Source: Sphingomonas sp. (GTDB taxonomy: Bacteria > Pseudomonadota > Alphaproteobacteria > Sphingomonadales > Sphingomonadaceae). From it: DNA of 32,346 nt. Below the pieces are notes generated by a model. It was not told where the DNA came from. It was given only the letters and a program-made list of their open reading frames with translations, and did no database searches. Shown piece by piece: positions 9,121 to 16,467 of the stretch. The DNA lies in NCBI GenBank assembly GCA_035481255.1, contig DATIGZ010000372.1, positions 1 to 32,346 of the forward strand. The letters are read 5' to 3'. Positions within the stretch are counted from its first letter, which is position 1; every line of letters starts with the position of its first letter. Both the position numbers and the translations under genes were made by a program.

Positions 9121-9579
9121 TCAGCGAACCGCGACGATCGCGTCCACCTCGACCGCGGCACCGCGCGGCAGCGCCGCGACGCCCACCGCGGCGCGCGCAT
9201 GGCGACCCGCCTCGCCGAACAGCTTCTCCATCAGTTCCGACGCGCCATTGCCGACCTGCGGCTGCTCGGTGAAGCTCGGCGCCGAATTGACGAACACGCC
9301 GAGCTTGACCACGCGCTCGACACGCTCGAACCCGCCCAGCGCCTTCTCGATCTGGGCGACCAGCATCAGCGCGCAGCGCTCGGCCGCTTCCTGACCATAA
9401 GCGACGTCGCGATCCTCACCGAGACGGCCGGTCATCACCGCGCCGTCCTTGAAGGGAAGCTGGCCCGAGATGTGGAGCAGCCCGCTCGCCAGCACGGTCG
9501 GCACATAGGCCGCGACGGGCGCCGCGGCCTCGGGCAGGGTCAGGCCAAGTTCGGCGAGCTTAGCGTGCACATCAGTCAT
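9121..9579 (-). CDS. RidA/YjgF family protein
   Basis: LHISGQLP, VVKLGVFVNS, NGASEL, GRHARAAVG..LPRGAAVEVDAI. Confidence 0.93.
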   Translation of the reverse strand: MTDVHAKLAELGLTLPEAAAPVAAYVPTVLASGLLHISGQLPFKDGAVMTGRLGEDRDVAYGQEAAERCALMLVAQIEKALGGFERVERVVKLGVFVNSAPSFTEQPQVGNGASELMEKLFGEAGRHARAAVGVAALPRGAAVEVDAIVAVR

Positions 9580-10223
9580 CTGGCATCTCCCAGGGTTACA
9601 AGATCGGTTGCCGGCTGACCGGCGGAAAAACGGGCGGCAATCCAGCGCTGCGCCTCACGCCAGTCGTCGATCCGGGCATGAGCGTGCGGCGCGGAGGGAA
9701 CGAACGATGCCATCGCGGGCTCGGACACCATGTGCAGACGGAACACATGCGGCGCGGCGCGCGCGACCGATTCGTGATGCTGGGCGAGATCGTCGACGAA
9801 CACCGCGACGCCCGCGCCATGCTCTTCGACCAGTTGCGCGACGGGACGGCCCTTGCCGCCCTGATTGCACTCGACGCGGTGGACGATGCCGTGGGTGTCG
9901 AGCTGCGCGATGCGATGCTCGCGGCAATGATCCTTGAGGTTGGTGAGGATGACGATGTCGGCGACTTCGGCCAGCGTCGCCAGCGCCTCACGCGCATGCG
10001 GCACCAGCGTCTGCCGCGCCATTTCGCCCGGAAAGAAGCCGTCGAGATAGCCCCACATCGCCTCGGCCGTCAGCGCGGCACCGTCACGGCGCTTCATCGC
10101 ATTGGCCCAGTCATGGTTGGCCACGTCGAAGTCGACGTCATGCGCCTCGTCGAGCCAGGCGCTGAAATGCCGCACCATGTGCAGCAGCACCTCATCACAA
10201 TCGCAGATCAGCAGCGGCTTCAT
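9576..10223 (-). CDS. HAD-superfamily hydrolase
   Basis: Motif I DCDEVL, ILTN, KG, VFVDD; ATGA overlaps with both neighbours. Confidence 0.85.
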   Translation of the reverse strand: MKPLLICDCDEVLLHMVRHFSAWLDEAHDVDFDVANHDWANAMKRRDGAALTAEAMWGYLDGFFPGEMARQTLVPHAREALATLAEVADIVILTNLKDHCREHRIAQLDTHGIVHRVECNQGGKGRPVAQLVEEHGAGVAVFVDDLAQHHESVARAAPHVFRLHMVSEPAMASFVPSAPHAHARIDDWREAQRWIAARFSAGQPATDLVTLGDAR

Positions 10224-10492
10224 GCCATCTCCAGCTTGGCGCGCGCCGCGACCAGCGCCGCGGGTTGCGTATCGATCGCCCCGGCGCAGGCGATCAGATC
10301 CGGCTCATAGGCCTCAAGAAATCCGAGCACCGCCGCGAGCACCGAAGCCTCCCCCGCTCGCGCACGCAGGTCGGCGGGGGTGAGGCCGGTCATGTCGAGC
10401 AGCCGGTGCGCGCGGGAGGGATCGGACACGGTCCAGCCCAGCGCCGCCAGCGCCAGTGCGGTTGCGTCCTCATTTGTCTCGCCAGCGCGCAT
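10220..10492 (-). CDS. DUF3572 family protein
   Basis: ALAALGW..RLLDMTGLTPADLR..LAAVLGFL; typically divergent from divK. Confidence 0.85.
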   Translation of the reverse strand: MRAGETNEDATALALAALGWTVSDPSRAHRLLDMTGLTPADLRARAGEASVLAAVLGFLEAYEPDLIACAGAIDTQPAALVAARAKLEMA

Positions 10493-10533
10493 CGCTTAAG
10501 GCTTGCCCGACCTCATTCGTGGATAAGGTGCGC

Positions 10534-10896
10534 GTGGCAAAAAGGGTGCTGGTTGTCGAGGACAACGAACTCAACCTCAAACTTTTCTGCGACCTGCTGC
10601 GCGCGCACGGCTTCGAAACCTCGCCGGTGCGCGACGGGCGGGAGGCGGTGGCGACCGCGCGTGCCTTCAACCCCGATTTGGTGGTGATGGACATCCAGCT
10701 GCCGCATATCTCCGGCCTCGACATCATCGGGCGGATGCGCGGCGATCCCGCGCTCAAGAGCATCCCGGTGATGGCGGTGACCGCCTATGCCGGGCAGGAA
10801 GACGAGGCGCGAATCCGCGCCGCGGGCGCCAACGCCTATGTCACCAAGCCGATCTCGGTGATGCGCTTCGTCGAAGAGGTTCAGGCGCTTTTGTGA
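10534..10896 (+). CDS. divK: Single-domain response regulator, DivK ortholog
   Basis: GTG start; RVLVVEDNELNLKLF..PDLVVMDIQLPHISGL..IPVMAVTAYA..KPISV closely follows the DivK consensus; DUF3572/rpmG synteny. Confidence 0.85.
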   Translation: MAKRVLVVEDNELNLKLFCDLLRAHGFETSPVRDGREAVATARAFNPDLVVMDIQLPHISGLDIIGRMRGDPALKSIPVMAVTAYAGQEDEARIRAAGANAYVTKPISVMRFVEEVQALL

Positions 10897-10929
10897 AGGG
10901 CGGCGCCAGCCCGCTCCCTCAGGCAAGCG

Positions 10930-10962
10930 AAAAGGCCGCCAGACGATTCGCCCGCGGCCTTT
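10930..10962. terminator. Bidirectional terminator between divK and rpmG
   Basis: AAAAGGCCGC-N14-GCGGCCTTT stem with T tracts on both strands. Confidence 0.7.
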
Positions 10963-11021
10963 GCTTCCGTCAGCGTGTCCCCGCTTTCGAGGGGACTGCG
11001 TAAACTTCGCTTTCGCGAAGC

Positions 11022-11189
11022 TTACTTGATCTTCGCTTCCTTGAACTCGACATGCTTGCGCACGACGGGATCGTACTTACGGAAGCTCAGCTTCTCGGTC
11101 TGGGTGCGGGGGTTCTTCTTGGTCACATAGAAGAAGCCGGTGTCAGCCGTGCTGACGAGCTTGATCTTCACGGTTGTCGGCTTGGCCAT
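11022..11189 (-). CDS. rpmG: 50S ribosomal protein L33 (55 aa; missing from the ORF track)
   Basis: Translated by hand: [55 protein letters not shown] (Cys-less type). Confidence 0.99.
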   Translation of the reverse strand: MAKPTTVKIKLVSTADTGFFYVTKKNPRTQTEKLSFRKYDPVVRKHVEFKEAKIK

Positions 11190-11313
11190 CGCCCAAATCC
11201 TGCAGTCTGGTTCAAAAGAATAAAGCGGCCGCGCGCTGGCAGGCCGCTGTCAGGGGTGGGCGCATGCCGTGCGGGACGTGCAATGTCAAGCGCGAGGTCC
11301 AAATTCGGGCCGA

Positions 11314-11329
11314 TTAGCGGCGCGTTAAC
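11314..11329 (+). promoter_or_regulatory. Putative CtrA binding box
   Basis: TTAG-N7-TTAAC versus the CtrA consensus TTAA-N7-TTAAC (one mismatch), 50 nt upstream of ORF 11379. Confidence 0.55.
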
Positions 11330-11378
11330 CACAGCGGGCGCACGCTTCAATGGTGACGATCGCAGGGGGAGAGCCGCG

Positions 11379-11696
11379 ATGACCGATGCACGCAACTGGG
11401 TAGTGGCCGATGACCTTGGCCAGCGAATCGATTCGATCGGCGCACGCGCGGCGCGGGCGGCGACGGCGGAGCTTGCCGCCGATCTCGACGCGATCCGGCG
11501 AATCGCACTCGCCAACGGCATCACCCCGGCCCTGCCGGTGGTGCACGCGCTCGAATCGGCGCTCGCCGGGGGACAGCGCGGACCGATGATCGCCGACGGA
11601 CTCGCATTGTTGCGTGACGCGATCAGTTGCGGACGCGACGATCCGCGGACCGGCGCCGCCTTTGCCGCCGCCTGCGCGATCCGCCTTCACGCCTGA
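11379..11696 (+). CDS. Small helical hypothetical protein (degenerate HPt-like pattern)
   Basis: Strong RBS AGGGGGAG; ATG 11379; TGATG overlap with the next gene; 105 aa, amphipathic helices. Confidence 0.75.
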   Translation: MTDARNWVVADDLGQRIDSIGARAARAATAELAADLDAIRRIALANGITPALPVVHALESALAGGQRGPMIADGLALLRDAISCGRDDPRTGAAFAAACAIRLHA

Positions 11697-12262
11697 TGGA
11701 TTCACTCGTCCCCGCCTTTGTCGCCGTGCTGCTGGCACAGGCGGGGGACCGGTCGCCATGGCTGGTCGCGATCCTTGCCGACCGATTCGGCAAGCCGTTC
11801 ACCGTCGCGCTCGCGGCGGTTCTCGCCCATGCAGCCGGTAATGCCATAGCGGCCACGGGCGGCATGCTGGTCGCGCCCATGCTGACCCCGAATGCGCGGC
11901 AACTACTGCTGGCGCTCGCGCTGGGCTTCGCGGCCATGGGCGCGCTGTGGCGGCTCAAGCCGCCCGACCGGCTTGAGGGCTGGAAGCCCGGCGCGTTCGC
12001 GACGCCGCTGCTCGGCGTGTTCATCCTGGCCGCGGGCGACACCACGCAATTCTTCACGCTCGCCTTCGCGGCGCAGGAGCCCGCGCCCGTACTGGCGGCG
12101 GCCGGCGCGACCGTCGCGGTGCTGGTGGTCAATGGCGCCGCCGCGACGATGGGGGAGAAGGCCTGGCGCAAGCTGCCGATCGGCCCGTACCGCATCGGCT
12201 TCGGCCTGCTCTGCCTCGTCACCGGCCTGATTCTCGCCGCCGGAGCGTTGCGGCTGATCTAG
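11696..12262 (+). CDS. TMEM165/GDT1 (UPF0016) family membrane protein, degenerate motifs
   Basis: Two repeats, AQAGDRSPW and AAGDTTQ, resembling E-x-G-D-(K/R)-(T/S); about six hydrophobic segments. Confidence 0.8.
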   Translation: MDSLVPAFVAVLLAQAGDRSPWLVAILADRFGKPFTVALAAVLAHAAGNAIAATGGMLVAPMLTPNARQLLLALALGFAAMGALWRLKPPDRLEGWKPGAFATPLLGVFILAAGDTTQFFTLAFAAQEPAPVLAAAGATVAVLVVNGAAATMGEKAWRKLPIGPYRIGFGLLCLVTGLILAAGALRLI

Positions 12263-12289
12263 CCGCTCGATTACCCTGATCGCCCTTTT

Positions 12290-12328
12290 TGCAGCGCAGC
12301 AACGGACCCTATATGGCAAGGGATCGTT
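12290..12328 (+). promoter_or_regulatory. Putative sigma-EcfG promoter of dps with an adjacent PhaR-like box
   Basis: GGACC(12304)-N16-CGTT(12325) versus GGAAC-N16/17-CGTT; TGCAGCGCAGCA at 12290-12301. Confidence 0.5.
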
Positions 12329-12360
12329 TCATTGCCGACTCAACCGATCAGGAGCGAATC

Positions 12361-12858
12361 ATGGCCGAACCGAACGCCGCGCTGAAGACGCCGACCGACC
12401 TCAACCGCAACGACACCAAGACCGTTGCGCAGGCGCTGAACGGCATCCTGGCGGACAGCTATGCGCTGTATTTCAAGACCAAGAATTTCCACTGGCACGT
12501 CTCGGGTCCGCATTTCCGCGACTATCACCTGATGCTCGACGATCAGGCGGCGCAGATCCTTGCGACCACCGACGTGATCGCCGAGCGCGTGCGCAAGACC
12601 GGCAACGCCACGCTACGCTCGGTCGGCGACATTTCGCGTCACCAGTCGATCACGGACAACGACAAGGACTTCGTCTCGGCCGCCGACATGCTGGTCGAGC
12701 TGCGCGAGGACAACCTCAAGCTCGTCGCGCTGCTGCGCGAGGCGAAGGAGATCGTCGACGAAGCGAAGGACAACGCCACCAGCGGCATCCTCGACGAGTG
12801 GACCGATCAGGCAGAAGAGCGCGCGTGGTTCCTGTTCGAGACCAGCCGCAAAGGTTGA
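12361..12858 (+). CDS. dps: Dps family DNA starvation/stationary phase protection protein
   Basis: LYFKTKNFHWHVSGPHFRDYHLMLD, DVIAERVR, EERAWFL; AGGAG RBS. Confidence 0.97.
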   Translation: MAEPNAALKTPTDLNRNDTKTVAQALNGILADSYALYFKTKNFHWHVSGPHFRDYHLMLDDQAAQILATTDVIAERVRKTGNATLRSVGDISRHQSITDNDKDFVSAADMLVELREDNLKLVALLREAKEIVDEAKDNATSGILDEWTDQAEERAWFLFETSRKG

Positions 12859-12868
12859 TTGTTGATCG

Positions 12869-12889
12869 GATGCGCCGTCGGGCGCATCC
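12869..12889. terminator. Hairpin between convergent dps and AKR genes
   Basis: GGATGCGCC-GTCG-GGCGCATCC stem; weak U tract. Confidence 0.45.
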
Positions 12890-12915
12890 GCGGGCCGGTG
12901 CCGTCTACAAGACAA

Positions 12916-13926
12916 TTACGCCGGGACGGGCGCGTCCCGGCGGATCAGGCCCGCGTCCCTGAGTTCCTCCCACAACGCCGCCGGGACCGGCTGCGCCATC
13001 AGCGCCAGCGCGTCGTCGACCTGACGCACCGATCCCATTCCCGGAACCACCGACGCCACCTGAGGGTGGGCGAGCGGGAATTGCAGCGCGGCGGCGGCGA
13101 GCGGCACGCCATGGCGCGCGCAGATATCCTCGATCGCGCCCACTCTCTCCACGATCGCGGGCGGCGCGGGCTCATAGTTGAAGTTGGGAACCGCGCCGCC
13201 GTGGCGGACGCCCTTGGCGAGGATGCCGCTATTATAGGGCCCGGCGATCACCAGCCGCACGCCCCGCCGCGCGCAGAGCGGCAGCAGATCGTCGAGCGGA
13301 TCCTGCTCGAGCAGGGTGTAGCGGCCCGCCAGCATGATCAGGTCGATCTCGCCGGCACCGAGCATCTCGAGGCACACCGCGACTTCGTTGACGCCAAGAC
13401 CGATCGCACCGACCGCGCCTGAATCGCGCAACTCGCGCATCGCGCGATAGCCGCCGTCGAGAAACTCGCGGAACAACGCCGGATGCGCGCTGCCATGCGC
13501 GAACGCGCCGATGTCGTGCGCGTAGAGGGTGTCGATCCGGTCGCGCTGCAGCCGTTTCAGGCTCCCCTCGTACGAGCGCATCACCGCGTCGTAGCTGTAG
13601 TCGAACACACTCTCGAACGGCTCGGGCGAGACGAACGCCTGACGCACGGCCGAGAGATCGGCGTCCGGCCGCGGATCGAGCCGGCGGCCGACCTTGGTCG
13701 AAACGATCGCCGACTGCGCCGGATCGAGCCCCGCCAGCGCCGCACCCAGCCGTTTCTCGCTGAGCCCGAAGCCGTAATGCGGCGCGGTGTCGAAATAGCG
13801 GACGCCGGCATCCCATGCCCGCGCCACCACTTCGCGTGCCTGATCCTCAGGCACCGCGCGATAGAGATTGCCGATCGACGCCGCGCCGAAAGCCAGATCG
13901 CCCAGATGCGTCACGCGCTCTGTCAT
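12916..13926 (-). CDS. Aldo/keto reductase, L-fucose/L-galactose (D-threo-aldose) 1-dehydrogenase-like
   Basis: FGAASIGNLY, YFDTAPHYGFGLSE, STKVGR, FDYSYD, AHD, AGRYTLLEQ, GPYNSGILA. Confidence 0.85.
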   Translation of the reverse strand: MTERVTHLGDLAFGAASIGNLYRAVPEDQAREVVARAWDAGVRYFDTAPHYGFGLSEKRLGAALAGLDPAQSAIVSTKVGRRLDPRPDADLSAVRQAFVSPEPFESVFDYSYDAVMRSYEGSLKRLQRDRIDTLYAHDIGAFAHGSAHPALFREFLDGGYRAMRELRDSGAVGAIGLGVNEVAVCLEMLGAGEIDLIMLAGRYTLLEQDPLDDLLPLCARRGVRLVIAGPYNSGILAKGVRHGGAVPNFNYEPAPPAIVERVGAIEDICARHGVPLAAAALQFPLAHPQVASVVPGMGSVRQVDDALALMAQPVPAALWEELRDAGLIRRDAPVPA

Positions 13927-15539
13927 GCCAGCGTCTGTACCGCGCCGATTGCGATTCCGCTGCTGTCCTTCGCCGACACCGCGGCGTCGCGCGGCTTACT
14001 GGAAACGAGGCCGTCGATCAGCGCGCCCTCGACGTTGCGCAGCGCGACGGTCGGCCGCGCGTCGGGCTTCTCGACCGCGAAGCGGCAGTCGCGAATCGTC
14101 AGCCGCTTCGCGTGTCGCGCCCAGAAGCCGTACGCGGGCAGCGTCTTGAGGTAGCTCACCTCAAGGCTGGTCTCGCGGCGATATTCGGGCTCGCGGGCCG
14201 CATCCGCCGTGGTGCCGCCGCCGGGCGAGGTCACGTCGATCCCGACGAAACTCACATCCTCGACCGGGCCATCGGCAAAGCCCTCGACCCCGCACGGTTC
14301 GCGCGGATCGGCGCCGGAGACCTGCACATCCTCGAACCGCACGCGGCGGATCTTGCCTACGGGCGTGCCCTTGGGCGCGCGCATCCGCGCGGCGTGATGG
14401 ACGAACAGCGGGTGGTTGACCGGATCACGCAGCGTGATGCCGCTCACCACCACATCCTCCATCAATCCGCCGTCGACGATGCCGATCAGGATGCCGCGGC
14501 TGTTGGTGCAGATGCAGTCGGAGATACGGACGTTGCGGAAACCGCCATTGGTCTCGGTCCCCATCTTGATCCGCCCCAGCACGCCGTTGCCGTCCGGCGA
14601 GCCATAGTCGGACAGGCGATACGTCCCGTCGAGCAGCGATCCCATCAGATAGCCGCTGGTCTTGCAGCCCTGGACCAGAATGTCCTCGCACATCGTCTTG
14701 CGGCCCAGCGCATAGCTGCTCTTGAGCACGATCGCGTCGTCCTTGGGCGCGTTGACGGTACAGTTGATCACCCGCACGTCGCGGCAGCAATCGATGTCTA
14801 TGCCATCGCGGTCGGTGTCGATCACGATTCCGTGCAGCGCCATGTTGGTGCAGCCGTGCGCGATGATCCCGAAATGCCCGGCCTGCAGGATGGTGAAATC
14901 CTTGAGCTGGACGTTGCGGCAGTTCATAAGCCCGATCGTCTTGTTGGCGCGCCCGACCTGGGCCGCCTCATTCGCGTCGCGCAGCATGAACTCCTTGGGC
15001 GAGATGCCGAGCGCCTTGGCCGACTGCCAGGTATCGCGCTTCCACCAGCGATCGCCGGGGCCTTCGCGATCCAGACCCAGACCGTGCAGCATTCCCGGGC
15101 CGACGACGGAGATGTTCGACGCGCCGTCGGCGTAGATCAGGCTGTTATGGACATGGGTGATGCCGAAATCCTGAAACTGCTCCTCCATGTAATTTTCGGG
15201 CGGATCGTAGTTGCGGCCATGGATATCGGGGTCGGCCGCCTCGATCACCGCGCCAGCGGATAAAGCGAGCGTGACATTGTCGAGCAGGCGGATCGAGAAG
15301 CTGAGATACCGCCCGGGCGGCACCAGCACCACGCCGCCGCCGCGCTTCGCCGCGGCCTGCACCGCCCGGTTGATCGCCGGACTGTCGATCGCGCGCCCGT
15401 CGCCGCGCGCGCCGTGTTTTCGGATGTCCTCCACCCCATGCCCGTCGAGCGCGGCCTGCGCGGCGGCAGGCGTGCCGAAGATGAGAGCCAGCAGCCCGAG
15501 GGTCGAGCGGCGATCGATGCTTGCATGATGCTCAAACAT
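13923..15539 (-). CDS. GH28-like right-handed beta-helix glycoside hydrolase, paralog 1 (Tat-like signal)
   Basis: IDRRSTLG N-terminus; GARGDG..DSPAINRA..GGGVVLVPPGRYLSFSIRL; DRDGID, KDDAIVLKS, GRIKMGTE. Confidence 0.85.
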   Translation of the reverse strand: MFEHHASIDRRSTLGLLALIFGTPAAAQAALDGHGVEDIRKHGARGDGRAIDSPAINRAVQAAAKRGGGVVLVPPGRYLSFSIRLLDNVTLALSAGAVIEAADPDIHGRNYDPPENYMEEQFQDFGITHVHNSLIYADGASNISVVGPGMLHGLGLDREGPGDRWWKRDTWQSAKALGISPKEFMLRDANEAAQVGRANKTIGLMNCRNVQLKDFTILQAGHFGIIAHGCTNMALHGIVIDTDRDGIDIDCCRDVRVINCTVNAPKDDAIVLKSSYALGRKTMCEDILVQGCKTSGYLMGSLLDGTYRLSDYGSPDGNGVLGRIKMGTETNGGFRNVRISDCICTNSRGILIGIVDGGLMEDVVVSGITLRDPVNHPLFVHHAARMRAPKGTPVGKIRRVRFEDVQVSGADPREPCGVEGFADGPVEDVSFVGIDVTSPGGGTTADAAREPEYRRETSLEVSYLKTLPAYGFWARHAKRLTIRDCRFAVEKPDARPTVALRNVEGALIDGLVSSKPRDAAVSAKDSSGIAIGAVQTLA

Positions 15540-15572
15540 AATTCATCATACGAATACAAAAGGCGTTGTCTA
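15539..15572. promoter_or_regulatory. Operator-like motif overlapping a divergent promoter (GH28-1 / SDR)
   Basis: TAATTCATCATACGA (15539-15553) is identical to the reverse complement of 20998-21012; minus-strand TAGACA-N16-TATGAT. Confidence 0.7.
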
Positions 15573-15599
15573 CGCCACAATCTACCCATTGGAGAGTTT

Positions 15600-16328
15600 A
15601 TGGGCCGTCTCGAAGGCAAGATCGCACTGGTGACCGCAGCGGGCCAGGGCATCGGCCGGGCCACCGCCGAAGCGTTTGTGCGCGAGGGCGCACGCGTGAT
15701 CGCCACCGATGTCCGCACCGAAGCGCTGGAGGGGCTGGAAGGCGCCGAGACGCGCCAGCTCGACGTGACGAACAAGGATGAGGTGAAAGCGATCGCCGCC
15801 GAATTCCCCGAATTGAACGTGCTCTACAACTGCGCGGGCTTCGTTCATGCCGGCACGATCCTCGACTGCGACGAGGATGCGTGGGAATTCTCCCAGTCGC
15901 TCAACGTCACTGCACAATACCGCATGATCCGTGCGGTGCTGCCCAACATGATCGCGCGCGGCGGCGGGTCGATCATCAACATGTCGTCGGTCTGTTCTAG
16001 CATCAAGGCGGTGCCCAACCGCTTCGCCTATGGCGCGACCAAGGCGGCGGTGATCGGCCTGACCAAGTCGGTCGCGATCGACTATGTCACCAAGGGCATC
16101 CGCTGCAACGCGATCTGCCCCGGCACGGTCGAGACGCCGTCGCTGATCCAGCGGCTGCACGACACCGGCGATTTCGAAAAGGCCTATGCCGAGTTCACCG
16201 CGCGCCAGGCGATGGGCCGGTTCGGCCGGACCAGCGAGCTGGCGGCACTCGCCGTCTATCTCGCCAGCGACGAAAGCGCCTTCACCACCGGTACCGTCAA
16301 TGTGATCGACGGCGGCTGGGTGAACTGA
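15600..16328 (+). CDS. SDR oxidoreductase, 2-keto-3-deoxy-L-fuconate dehydrogenase / BDH2-like
   Basis: LVTAAGQGIG variant glycine motif, NCAGFVHAGTILDC, SSVCSSIK, NRFAYGATK, CPGTVETPSL; GGAG RBS before ATG 15600. Confidence 0.85.
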   Translation: MGRLEGKIALVTAAGQGIGRATAEAFVREGARVIATDVRTEALEGLEGAETRQLDVTNKDEVKAIAAEFPELNVLYNCAGFVHAGTILDCDEDAWEFSQSLNVTAQYRMIRAVLPNMIARGGGSIINMSSVCSSIKAVPNRFAYGATKAAVIGLTKSVAIDYVTKGIRCNAICPGTVETPSLIQRLHDTGDFEKAYAEFTARQAMGRFGRTSELAALAVYLASDESAFTTGTVNVIDGGWVN

Positions 16329-16339
16329 ATTCCCTTCCC

Positions 16340-16446
16340 CGTCACCCCGGCCTTGGGCCGGGGTCCACCGGGAGGCGATCGATGAACATGAGGCGCGAGC
16401 GCATCGCGCGAGGCTAGGTGGGCCCCGGCACAAGGCCGGGGTGACG
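16340..16446. repeat. CGTC-tagged REP-like dimeric palindrome, copy 2 (best preserved)
   Basis: CGTCACCCCGGCCTTGGGCCGGGGTCCACC ... GGTGGGCCCCGGCACAAGGCCGGGGTGACG; inverted arms of about 30 nt, each with an internal hairpin. Confidence 0.85.
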
Positions 16447-16467
16447 ACAGATAGGAGAGAGTTCCCG

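Noticed and set aside
11052-11378. N-terminal extension of the 214-aa ORF
   Set aside because: Overlaps rpmG antisense and its promoter region; a strong RBS supports ATG 11379.
12859-12915. Island attachment site at the dps/AKR junction
   Set aside because: No tRNA, direct repeat or integrase; only a short hairpin.
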